A stretch of DNA of 32,000 nt from Candidatus Paracaedimonas acanthamoebae (GCA_000743035.1 CP008939.1:30001-62000); one strand, 5' to 3'. Numbered from the stretch's first letter, positions 18,552 to 26,093 are shown. Numbers and translations: made by a program. Notes: a model not told the origin generated them from the sequence alone.

Positions 18552-19380
18552 GGCCCTGTTGCAAAAATATTATTTGAGCAGATTTAGGTCTTTTTGCAGT
18601 TTTCAATTAAACAGTATAGACACTGAATTGTCGGTTAACGAGACGGATTTCTCCCTTGAGTCCTTGGCGATATTTCCAAAGATCCATCTGTCCCTTTTTA
18701 AACATCCTCATCACTTCAAACCCTTTAATCGTTGCATAAGCTGTTTTCAAAGATTTAAACCCTAGAGTTGGTTTAATCAGTCGTTTGAGTTTACCATGAT
18801 CAGCTTCAATAAGGTTATTGAGATACTTAATCTGTCGATGCTCAAGGTCTTGAGGACAAAGTCCTTCCTTCTTTAATTCTTTGATCGCTACAGCATAAGT
18901 AGGTGCCTTATCTGTATTAATTTTACTTGGTTTTTCCCATTCCTTAAACTTTCTTAAAGCCTTTGAAAGAAACCGTTTGGCAGCACTGATATTTCTTGTC
19001 GATGAAAGATAAAAGTCTATAGTACGCCCTCGCTTATCAAGAGCTCGATAAAGGTAAGCCCATTTACCCTTAACTTTTACATAAGTTTCATCAACTCTCC
19101 AGCTATAGCCAAGCCCTGGTTTCCAATACCACCTGAGCCTTTTCTCAATCTCTGGAGCATAAGTGATTACCCATCTATTAAGAGTTGTATGATCAACCGT
19201 AATGCCTCTTTCTTCCATCATTTCTTCAAGGTCCCGATAGCTGATCCCGTATTTACAATACCACCTTACGCATCCAAGAATAATATCCCCTTGAAAATGA
19301 CGCCACTTAAAATCATTCATCCAATAGTCCTCTAATTTTTAGAAACTCTGAACGAAGACAAAACTTTTTGCAACAGGGCC
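18552..19380 (-). mobile_element. Intact IS6-family (IS26-like) insertion sequence, 829 bp
   Basis: Perfect 16-bp terminal inverted repeats GGCCCTGTTGCAAAAA (18552-18567 and the reverse complement of 19365-19380). Single 237-aa transposase. The flanking 8-mers differ (ATGTAGGG versus TCCTCAAG), so there is no target duplication. Confidence 0.9.
18607..19320 (-). CDS. IS6-family DDE transposase
   Basis: MNDFKWRHFQGDIILGCVRWYCKYGISYRDLEEMMEERGITVDHTTLNRWV...WRVDETYVKVKGKWAYLYRALD...TDKAPTY...NNLIEADHGKLKR. Confidence 0.9.
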   Translation of the reverse strand: MNDFKWRHFQGDIILGCVRWYCKYGISYRDLEEMMEERGITVDHTTLNRWVITYAPEIEKRLRWYWKPGLGYSWRVDETYVKVKGKWAYLYRALDKRGRTIDFYLSSTRNISAAKRFLSKALRKFKEWEKPSKINTDKAPTYAVAIKELKKEGLCPQDLEHRQIKYLNNLIEADHGKLKRLIKPTLGFKSLKTAYATIKGFEVMRMFKKGQMDLWKYRQGLKGEIRLVNRQFSVYTV

Positions 19381-19407
19381 TCCTCAAGTATAAAACAGCC
19401 TTTAACC

Positions 19408-19455
19408 CTCAAATCCTTAAAAATAATCCTTGATCTTTAACACAGTATCAGAACC
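19408..19455 (-). repeat. Tn3-family-like terminal repeat remnant fused to an IS6-like LRVKG scrap
   Basis: The reverse complement reads GGTTCTGATACTGTGTTAAAGATCAAGGATTATTTTTAAGGATTTGAG, followed by GGTTAAAGG. It has the same junction as at 5551. Confidence 0.4.
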
Positions 19456-19461
19456 GAAAAT

Positions 19462-19489
19462 GCTGTTGAAGCTGTGATGCTTGAACAGC
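19462..19489 (-). terminator. Terminator hairpin after the toxin gene
   Basis: On the minus strand: GCTGTTCAAGC-ATCACA-GCTTCAACAGC (one mismatch), followed by ATTTTC. Confidence 0.45.
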
Positions 19490-19508
19490 AAAGGAGAGCG
19501 GCATGAGT

Positions 19509-19790
19509 TTAATCATAAATTTCTTTACGGTGTCCTATTTTAACAACTGTTATCAAGATTTTTTGATCGTTAATTTGACAGACTACTCTGTAGTCTCCAA
19601 CTCTGTATCTCCAATAAGTTGCAAGGTTCCCAGTCAACGGTTTGCCCAAAGTCCGTGGATCTTTAAGTCCACTGATACGTTCTTTTACAAAGGCTACAAT
19701 TTTTGCGGATATTTGCTTGTCGAGTTTTTTCAGTTGTTTCAAAGCTTCATCAGAAAACTCAAGAGTCCAAAGATGATTTGTCATTCTCAA
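19509..19790 (-). CDS. RelE/ParE-family type II toxin
   Basis: 93 aa: LEFSDEALKQLKKLDKQISAKIVAFVKERI...PRTLGKPLTGNLATYWRYRVGDYRVVCQINDQKILITVVKIGHRKEIY. It overlaps the antitoxin gene's 3' end. Confidence 0.85.
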   Translation of the reverse strand: MRMTNHLWTLEFSDEALKQLKKLDKQISAKIVAFVKERISGLKDPRTLGKPLTGNLATYWRYRVGDYRVVCQINDQKILITVVKIGHRKEIYD

Positions 19791-20004
19791 GTCCTAAAGC
19801 TTTCATTACTTCTTCATAAGAGTGAACTTTTTCTTCACCTCTTTTTATGCGTTCAACAACAGCTAAAGCATCAAGATAATCTTCTTGATCTTCTAAAAAT
19901 TCTGCCAATGCTTGTTGGACACAAGAACTTTTTGAGCGATGTGTTCTCTCAACAAGTTGATCAAGACGCTTTTCAAGCTCAGGGGGGAGGCGAACAGATA
20001 GCAT
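19759..20004 (-). CDS. Ribbon-helix-helix (CopG/RelB-like) antitoxin
   Basis: MLSVRLPPELEKRLDQLVERTHRSKSSCVQQALAEFLED. Preferred start is the ATG at 20004, preceded by AAGGAG. The track ORF extends to 20049. Confidence 0.8.
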   Translation of the reverse strand: MLSVRLPPELEKRLDQLVERTHRSKSSCVQQALAEFLEDQEDYLDALAVVERIKRGEEKVHSYEEVMKALGLENDKSSLDS

Positions 20005-20031
20005 GGTAAACTCCTTTAATACATTCTTTAA

Positions 20032-20047
20032 GTATGACATGTCATAC
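20032..20047. promoter_or_regulatory. Perfect 16-bp palindrome, the likely TA operator
   Basis: GTATGACATGTCATAC lies about 30 nt upstream of the antitoxin start, within a TTGATG...TCATAC promoter-like stretch on the minus strand. Confidence 0.5.
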
Positions 20048-20218
20048 ATTCAAACATCAAGCAGAAAATATGCTTATGTATCAGCATTTCTGTGGATTGT
20101 GGGTTCAAATTTTTCAGTGTGTAAAGCTAAAGATTTAGGTGTTCAAGGTCCTCTCTTTACCATTACTGAAGAAAGCTTATTAGATGTTATTAAAACTAAG
20201 TTACAAGCACTCAATTAG
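20038..20218 (+). pseudogene. traW: N-terminal fragment of the F-type conjugation protein TraW
   Basis: Signal-like MSYIQTSSRKYAYVSAFLWIVGSNFSVCKA, then KDLGVQGPLFTITEESLLDVIKTKLQAL. This matches my recollection of the F TraW N-terminus (ADLGTWGDLWPVKEPDMLTVIMQRLTAL). A stop follows after 60 codons. Confidence 0.55.
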
Positions 20219-20345
20219 TTCAACATCAATTATAAAAATGATGATCCTTATGCTTAATTTAAGAAATCTGTCAAAGGTGTGATCTTGCTACAATAAAGCG
20301 GACACAAGGAACCGAGATGGGTTAATGTTATTGAAAGGAGAGAAC

Positions 20346-20627
20346 ATGACCCAGAAATACGATAAAGAATTTAAAATTAATGCGGTTAAAGTTTATTTGA
20401 GTAATGACAAGAGCATTGAGAAGATCGCTTTAGATTTAGGGATTTCGCGTGCCAGTTTAGGGCACTGGATTAAACAATACCGGCGTGAGGGAGAGAGAAG
20501 TTTTCCTGGCAGTGGCCATGTTGTTGAGGAAGAATTAAGAGCGCTTAAGCGGGAGCTTTATCTTGTTCGCCAGGAGCGAGATATCTTAAAAAACCACCTA
20601 AATGGCACCCCTTTCCCTAATAAATAG
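20346..20627 (+). pseudogene. IS3-family OrfA disrupted at its frameshift site, copy B
   Basis: AAGGAG then the ATG at 20346. OrfA homology ends at ...ERDILK (TTA AAA AA at 20586-20593). The displaced OrfA tail KAVAIFSEPRGKGTNS* resumes at 22193. Confidence 0.8.
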
Positions 20628-20823
20628 AAACTCGCGCTCGTTAACTGCTAAAGTTGAGCTATCAAAGAGAGCGGCCGTCTGCTTATTGGTGGATTACCCC
20701 GTTAAAAAACATGGTCCAGGGAGTACAACGAACCCGGCATTGGAGGTACAAACCCCGTTTAGGAAAGTGATTTATTCGTTACCCTGCTCTTTGATTCTAT
20801 AGATAAACAAGGAGAAGAGGTAA
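20594..20823 (+). ncRNA. Candidate bridge-RNA-type non-coding left end of the IS110-family element, copy B
   Basis: 230 nt with no credible CDS (the 66-aa track ORF has no support). It is relatively GC-rich and rich in self-complementarity, for example CCTAAATGG (20597-20605) with CCGTTTAGG (20755-20763). It contains short matches to the element end and to both flanks (see findings). Confidence 0.35.
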
Positions 20824-22191
20824 GTGATGACTCAATCTAACAGACAATCCAGTATGCCAATTATTCATCAAAATGCTGCTGGGATTGATATTGGTGCTAA
20901 GTTTCACGTTGTTGCTGTAGGGAGTGATAAAGCAAAAGAACCAGTTCGTACGTTTCAAAGTTTTACCACAGATTTACATGCTATGGCAAAATGGCTTAAA
21001 AGCTGTGAGGTCACCAGCATTGCTATGGAATCCACAGGTATTTATTGGATTCCTGCTTTTGAGATCTTAGAGAATTATGGTTTTGAGGTATTTTTAGTTA
21101 ATCCACGAGAAGCTAAAAATGTTCCTGGACGTAAAACAGACGTCAATGATGCGCAATGGATTCAACGGTTACATCAATTTGGTTTGTTACGTGCTAGCTT
21201 CAGACCAGAAAAACAAATTACTGTGCTACGTGCTTATATTAGACAACGTGAACGTATGCTTGAATTCAGAGCCTCTCATATCCAGCATATGCAAAAAGCT
21301 TTAATGCAAATGAACTTACAGTTGCATCATGTCGTATCGGATATAACGGGAGCCACAGGCATGAAGATCATTCGTGCGATTATGAATGGTGAACGTTGCC
21401 CTGCTGTATTAGCAGAACATAGAGACATACGTTGTAAGGAATCCATTAAAACTATTGAGGAATCCTTAAAGGGTAATTATCAAGAAGAGCATTTGTTTTC
21501 TTTAACTCAAGCTGTTGAATTATTCGATTATTACACACAAAAAATTAATGAGTGTGATCGTCGAATAGAAGAGACATTAAGCTTGCTTGGAAAAGATAAT
21601 AAGTTGCCTGATCAACCTCTACCCAAAGCCAGGCATCGCACTAAACAACCTAATAGCTTAAGCTTTGATGTAAGAGCATCCCTTTACCAAGCATTAGGAA
21701 TGGACTTAACACAAATACACGGTGTTGGACCTTCATTAGCCTTAAAATTAATATCAGAATGTGGCACTGATATGTCTCGCTGGCCGAGCAGCAAGCACTT
21801 TACTTCTTGGCTATGTCTTTCTCCAGGGAATAAGGTATCAGGAGGGAAAGTATTATCATCACGAACACGGCGTTCCTCAAGTCGTGCGGCAGCAGCATTA
21901 AGATTGGCTGCTGTAACAATTGGAAAGACAAATACGGCTCTTGGTGCGTTTTATAGACGACTCTCGGCTCGCATTGGTAAATCAAAGGCAATTACTGCAA
22001 CAGCTAGAAAAATGGCAGTATTATTTTTTAATGCTCTGCGTTATGGAATGCAATATGTTGATCCAGGTGCCAATTACTATGAGGCACGATATCAAAAGCG
22101 GGTTCTTGATAACTTATCAAAGCGAGCTGCTGCTTTAGGTTATATATTGCAAGAGAATAAAATGCAGGACTTGGTACAGGGAGTTTCTTAG
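20824..22191 (+). CDS. IS110-family (DEDD) transposase, copy B
   Basis: Identical translation to copy A. The likely start is the ATG at 20827, after GGAGAAGAGG. Confidence 0.85.
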   Translation: MMTQSNRQSSMPIIHQNAAGIDIGAKFHVVAVGSDKAKEPVRTFQSFTTDLHAMAKWLKSCEVTSIAMESTGIYWIPAFEILENYGFEVFLVNPREAKNVPGRKTDVNDAQWIQRLHQFGLLRASFRPEKQITVLRAYIRQRERMLEFRASHIQHMQKALMQMNLQLHHVVSDITGATGMKIIRAIMNGERCPAVLAEHRDIRCKESIKTIEESLKGNYQEEHLFSLTQAVELFDYYTQKINECDRRIEETLSLLGKDNKLPDQPLPKARHRTKQPNSLSFDVRASLYQALGMDLTQIHGVGPSLALKLISECGTDMSRWPSSKHFTSWLCLSPGNKVSGGKVLSSRTRRSSSRAAAALRLAAVTIGKTNTALGAFYRRLSARIGKSKAITATARKMAVLFFNALRYGMQYVDPGANYYEARYQKRVLDNLSKRAAALGYILQENKMQDLVQGVS

Positions 22192-22239
22192 GAAAGCAGT
22201 TGCCATCTTCTCCGAACCCCGAGGCAAAGGTACGAATTC

Positions 22240-23115
22240 ATGAAGCATCATACCACTTTATTTTCCTTGGATCAGATGGCGCAAGTCTTAGGGGTTTCTC
22301 GCAGTGGGTATTACGATTTTATTAAAAGGAGTCCCAGCAAGAGAGAACTGGAGAACACTGAGACTGTTAAAAGAATGAGGACTATTTTTGAGGAGAGCCG
22401 AGAAACTTATGGCAGTCCTCGGATCCATGCAGAACTTTGTGCTCAGGGAACTTTTTGTTCTCGAGTTAAAGTCGCTCGATTGATGCAGAAGAATGATATC
22501 CAAGCCAAGATGTATAGGAAGTTTGTTAAAACAACAAAACGTTCAGAAAATATCACTCGTCCAACCCAGGATCTCGTTCAGCAGAATTTTTATTCTCCTC
22601 TTCCTAATAGAATTTGGGCCGCAGATATTACTTTTATTGCCATCAATAGAACCTGGGCTTATCTGGCTATTATTCTTGATCTATTCTCTCGAAAAGTGGT
22701 GGGAATGGCTTTGAGTGATCACATGAGAAGTTCTTTAATTTTAGCAGCACTTAATCAAGCTCTCTTATTAAGGAGACCTCCTTCAGGGCTTATTCATCAT
22801 TCTGATATGGGGAGCCAATATACAAGCAATAACCTTTATGAAATAGCTCAAACTCATGGAATAAAACTGAGTCATGGAAAAACAGGATGTGCTTATGACA
22901 ATGCTGCAATGGAGAGCTTCTTTCATACGCTTAAAACAGAGCATGTCTATTTTAAGAACTATAAAACTTTAGAAGAAGCAAAAACCGATATCTTTGAATA
23001 CATATTCACATTTTATAACTCTAAAAGGAGGCACTCGACACTCAACTATCAAAGTCCAAATCAGTGGGAATACAATCATTACAAAAATCAAACCATCTCA
23101 GTTCACAATGTCTAA
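22240..23115 (+). CDS. IS3-family transposase OrfB, copy B
   Basis: Identical translation to copy A. Its ATG overlaps the orfA-tail TGA (ATGA at 22240-22243). It is in the -1 frame relative to the orfA tail. Confidence 0.85.
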   Translation: MKHHTTLFSLDQMAQVLGVSRSGYYDFIKRSPSKRELENTETVKRMRTIFEESRETYGSPRIHAELCAQGTFCSRVKVARLMQKNDIQAKMYRKFVKTTKRSENITRPTQDLVQQNFYSPLPNRIWAADITFIAINRTWAYLAIILDLFSRKVVGMALSDHMRSSLILAALNQALLLRRPPSGLIHHSDMGSQYTSNNLYEIAQTHGIKLSHGKTGCAYDNAAMESFFHTLKTEHVYFKNYKTLEEAKTDIFEYIFTFYNSKRRHSTLNYQSPNQWEYNHYKNQTISVHNV

Positions 23116-23166
23116 ATTTTTGTAGCAAGATCAGTTCAGAGACAGAGGAAAGCACATAAGCTCTCA

Positions 23167-23511
23167 TCAGCTTCCCCCCATAAATTGAACAAGGATATTA
23201 ATACCGATAAGCGCACACCCAACACCACAAATGGAGCCAATCCATTTCCAGTTTCCTCCTTGATTCGTTAAGAACTTAAAAAGAGCTGCCACCAGCGCAA
23301 CACCTACACACGCCTTACCAATTAAGATAAGGCCGTTCCTTAATTCTCCTAATTTCCCAGTAAAGACTTGAGAAAAGGCAAAGGCCGGATGGCTCTCCAA
23401 CATAAGGTAAGTGCTGATAGAAAAATGAAGGGTGTACTTCTTGCATTTTTTGAAAAAAGATCCTTTGTAATCATTTTTCTTGAGGTCATTAAAAACTTGG
23501 ATGTTATTCAT
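23167..23511 (-). CDS. Putative type IV secretion pilin (TrbC/VirB2-like) or small two-TM membrane protein
   Basis: 114 aa. It has a long basic leader, a possible cleavage site at HPAFA-FSQ, two hydrophobic helices (GLILIGKACVGVALVAALFKFL and WIGSICGVGCALIGINILVQFM) and a Gly-rich C-terminus. Confidence 0.35.
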   Translation of the reverse strand: MNNIQVFNDLKKNDYKGSFFKKCKKYTLHFSISTYLMLESHPAFAFSQVFTGKLGELRNGLILIGKACVGVALVAALFKFLTNQGGNWKWIGSICGVGCALIGINILVQFMGGS

Positions 23512-23545
23512 AAAATTCTCCTTAGGATTGTTTAGATTGTTGAAA

Positions 23546-24238
23546 TTAATTGAAATTTATTTGGTAAGAATGGTTACGGATGGCTAGCTCAAACTGCGTA
23601 ACGCTTGAGAGAAAATTCTCAAGATCTTTAAAGACTTCTTGATAAATTAGAGCTTCTTCATCTTGGCTATAATTTTTTATGAATGATTGATGAAGAATGC
23701 GGCTTAAAGCACTCACTAATTCTTGAGGGGAAGCGTTAGAAATTCTCTCTGTCCAAACCTTAAAACCATGAAAATATGTCTTTTCACTTGCGAGAACATA
23801 ATAGATACCCTCTCGAATCCATAATTGGACAAGAATCGTCAAAAGCTTATGAGGATATGAGGCACTATTCCATATGTTCTCAAGTTCTTCACAATAGTTT
23901 TTAGTAGGGCATGATATAAGAGATTCAATATCTATAGGTCTCAAATTTTCTGAGGCTTCGGAGTATAAGAAAATTCCAATCCTCATTAATTCATCATAAT
24001 CTTCGTCAGATTGATTGATCGCGAAATTTAAGGCCTGTCTTGCGAGAAAATCATAAATGTATGCTTCTTGAGTCATAAATGACTGAAACTGCTTTAAAGT
24101 CAGCTTATTATTAAGAAGATCGATCATCCATTCATGGTGGATAATAAGATCAAAAGTTTCTTTAAATTGGTCTCTTAGCTTCTCAGTTAAAGAAAGAGAT
24201 GATTTTTCCCACAAAATGGGTATAATCTTGTTGTACAT
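23546..24238 (-). CDS. TenA/PqqC/heme-oxygenase-like-fold protein (tentative)
   Basis: 230 aa, all-helical by composition. HHEWMIDLLNNKLTLKQFQSFMTQEAYIYDFLARQAL resembles the N-terminal helices of the TenA/PqqC/CADD family. No clear ExxH metal motifs seen. Confidence 0.3.
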   Translation of the reverse strand: MYNKIIPILWEKSSLSLTEKLRDQFKETFDLIIHHEWMIDLLNNKLTLKQFQSFMTQEAYIYDFLARQALNFAINQSDEDYDELMRIGIFLYSEASENLRPIDIESLISCPTKNYCEELENIWNSASYPHKLLTILVQLWIREGIYYVLASEKTYFHGFKVWTERISNASPQELVSALSRILHQSFIKNYSQDEEALIYQEVFKDLENFLSSVTQFELAIRNHSYQINFN

Positions 24239-24257
24239 CAGTTTACCTCTGAGTTCT

Positions 24258-24312
24258 GGTTGTACGAGGAGCCTGTGCTGTTGACGCCAATCTTAAGCAC
24301 AGGCTCTTTTTT
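24258..24312 (+). terminator. GC-rich stem-loop with a T6 tract on the + strand (hairpin family member 1)
   Basis: GGTTGTAC (24258-24265). Stem GAGCCTGTGCT (24269-24279) pairs with AGCACAGGCTC (24296-24306). The loop is GTTGACGCCAATCTTA, followed by TTTTTT (24307-24312). Confidence 0.45.
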
Positions 24313-24319
24313 CTAGTTT

Positions 24320-24589
24320 CTATTCTTTTAAATGTTGTTTTTTCTCGATTAGTTTAATTCGTCGCTCGAGGTACCACACCGCCTTTCGTAAGTCTTTAAC
24401 TTCGTCATGCTTACGACCAGCTCGAGAAATATATTTGAGAGCACAAGCTAAATGATGATTTAAATTCCAGTCCTCAACTATACTAATAGGTTCTATTGTT
24501 CTCCCTTCTATGTAATGCTTTGGGGATTCAATTTCTGCATCTTGGTCGTCTTTTGCGGGGAGTTTTATAAGGTATAAATTCTCAGTCAT
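24320..24589 (-). CDS. DUF3310-like (phage SaV-like) small protein
   Basis: PKHYIEG...IEPISIVEDWNL..HLACALKYISRAGRKHDEVKDLRKAVWYLERRI matches the HY...KY..R.g.K...DL.KA..YL signature. The ATG at 24589 overlaps the rep1 TGA (ATGA). The track start is 24595. Confidence 0.55.
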   Translation of the reverse strand: MTENLYLIKLPAKDDQDAEIESPKHYIEGRTIEPISIVEDWNLNHHLACALKYISRAGRKHDEVKDLRKAVWYLERRIKLIEKKQHLKE

Positions 24590-26001
24590 GAGCATGCTCT
24601 CATAAAGGGTTGATTTAAATATTCTGTATATCTCTTCCCTGACAAAGACCCAGCAGGATTTAACCTACTGGGGTTAGTTAAGGGAGAGATTTGAGGAACA
24701 TCTTGTTCCTCTCTATTTGATGCTTGAAAGGCATCAAAACTTAATTGTGTTGAGGAGATAGAAGGAGAGTTATTGGGGGCCTCTCCTTCTATCAACTTTG
24801 GCCTTAGGAGGGGGTGGCCAAAGTTTTGGGGGATGTCTATTTGAAGATGCTTAATGGGATGACCTAAAGCTTCTTCTAAGGCTGATAGAATTTGAGCTTT
24901 TAAGTTCTTGGTGATCCAGCCCCTTGCAAACAGGTTGGAAACTTGTAAACAAACTTCTTGAGAAGTGAGAGAGGCGATATCGATCTCTAAGAGCCATTGG
25001 CGAACACTAAAGACACTTATCTTTTCAATCAGTGATAAACACACTTTCTTCCACAAAGGATGATGGGAAGAAGAGAGAATCTCTTGGCGTAATAATTCTT
25101 CTTTTTCTGCTTCGAGAAGAAAGGTGATACGATCTCCTAAAGTAAACTGACCCGCTTCAATATTTTGGTAAGTATCAGCTTTAATTGCCCAGGTGAGCCA
25201 AGGTTTTTGGAAGTTCTTACCACTCGCCTCTCCCATCAAGAATTTATAGGAGGCAATCTTCCAGCAATAAGATTTCCAATTAGTAAGACAAGAGCCACAA
25301 AGGCTTTGAAATGATCTATAAAGGCTCAAGATTAAAGAAGGGGTTAACTGGCTGACCTCAAGAGAGCCAATCTCTTCCATCCAGATTTCTTTCATTTTAT
25401 TGGCTATGTTTTTTTCTTCTGCACTTCCCAATGAGGAAGAGGTAGGAGAAAGAGAAATATCTTTTATACTCTCTGTGTATAATCTCTTATCTATATTGTT
25501 TGCTAATTTTTTAACATTCGAAGGTCCATTTTTGACGTTCGAATGTTGTGAACTTAACATTCGGGAGTTATGCGGGTTTTGAGGTAATGTAAAATCACTT
25601 AAAGGATAGCCAAGTGCAAATAAGCTTTCCTGTAGTTTTACCAGGTTCAGCCTATATTTGGTTGTCTTGTCCCATTTATTATCATCAAGATATGCCTCTT
25701 CGATAACCTCAAGGTCGACAAGGTTTTTTAAAACGGTGCGCATTGTTTGACGAGAAACTCCAAGCATTGTTTCATCAGCTAGATCTTGAGCTGTTTTAAT
25801 GATCCATCCATGTCTAAGATCAACATTACACTCTGGATTGCGGTTATGTTCTTCTTGAAGAAATCTATCAAAATCATGGACACGTTTTGTCCAATAAATG
25901 AGCTGATGCAATACAACAGCAACCTTATAGTCTTGTGTTAAAGCCACAAGATCTTTGAAAATAACTGACTCCATAATAGGACGCACAGTATTAGATTGCA
26001 T
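24586..26001 (-). CDS. Plasmid/phage-type replication initiator-like protein (Rep paralog 1)
   Basis: N-terminal winged-helix-like region (VVLHQLIYWTKRV...GWIIKTAQDLADETMLGVSRQTMRTVLKNLVDLEVIE) and a Ser-rich linker. A central block is shared with Rep2 (IWMEEIG...YCWKIASYKFLMGE...WAIK...IEAGQFTLGDR). The C-terminus is DnaA-N-terminal-like (HPLWKKVCLSLIEKI...VRQWL...). Confidence 0.55.
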   Translation of the reverse strand: MQSNTVRPIMESVIFKDLVALTQDYKVAVVLHQLIYWTKRVHDFDRFLQEEHNRNPECNVDLRHGWIIKTAQDLADETMLGVSRQTMRTVLKNLVDLEVIEEAYLDDNKWDKTTKYRLNLVKLQESLFALGYPLSDFTLPQNPHNSRMLSSQHSNVKNGPSNVKKLANNIDKRLYTESIKDISLSPTSSSLGSAEEKNIANKMKEIWMEEIGSLEVSQLTPSLILSLYRSFQSLCGSCLTNWKSYCWKIASYKFLMGEASGKNFQKPWLTWAIKADTYQNIEAGQFTLGDRITFLLEAEKEELLRQEILSSSHHPLWKKVCLSLIEKISVFSVRQWLLEIDIASLTSQEVCLQVSNLFARGWITKNLKAQILSALEEALGHPIKHLQIDIPQNFGHPLLRPKLIEGEAPNNSPSISSTQLSFDAFQASNREEQDVPQISPLTNPSRLNPAGSLSGKRYTEYLNQPFMRACS

Positions 26002-26093
26002 GCGAGTTAGACCCTTCTTAGCTCAATTTTCTTATAAGGTGAATAGAGTATTAAGAGGAGCTAAGCGTTTAATGCATAGAGGGTATGCACATA

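Larger units (their letters stand above)
20594..22191 (+). mobile_element. IS110-family element nested in IS3 copy B (1598 bp if there is no target duplication)
   Basis: Removing 20594-22191 restores TTA AAA AAG AAA GCA GTT (..LKKKAVAIFS..) in the orfA frame. The transposase stop TAG is the last 3 nt of the element. All non-coding sequence is at the 5' end. Confidence 0.75.
20280..23133 (+). mobile_element. IS3-family element, copy B (2854 bp including the nested IS110-family element)
   Basis: TGATCTTGCTACAA at 20280 and its reverse complement ending at 23133. Inverted relative to copy A. Confidence 0.85.

Noticed and set aside
19503-20009. 168-aa + strand ORF covering the TA locus
   Set aside because: It is antisense to two well-supported genes (RelE and the RHH antitoxin), and its translation is low-complexity with no motif. 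The same reasoning applies to other antisense or embedded track ORFs: 66-296, 1562-1753, 3191-3394, 5827-6018, 6128-6343, 7167-7420, 7546-7806, 7897-8112, 10525-10722, 15722-16003, 25400-25582, 29254-29442, 30484-31032, and those inside the IS copies.
12431-23145. Target-site duplications or a swapped-flank signature that would prove inversion between the two IS3/IS110 copies
   Set aside because: The 3-8 bp flanks do not match in either the present or the hypothetically inverted pairing. Only a loose TCAGAG(A)CA similarity exists next to both right ends, so no inference about past inversion can be drawn from the flanks.
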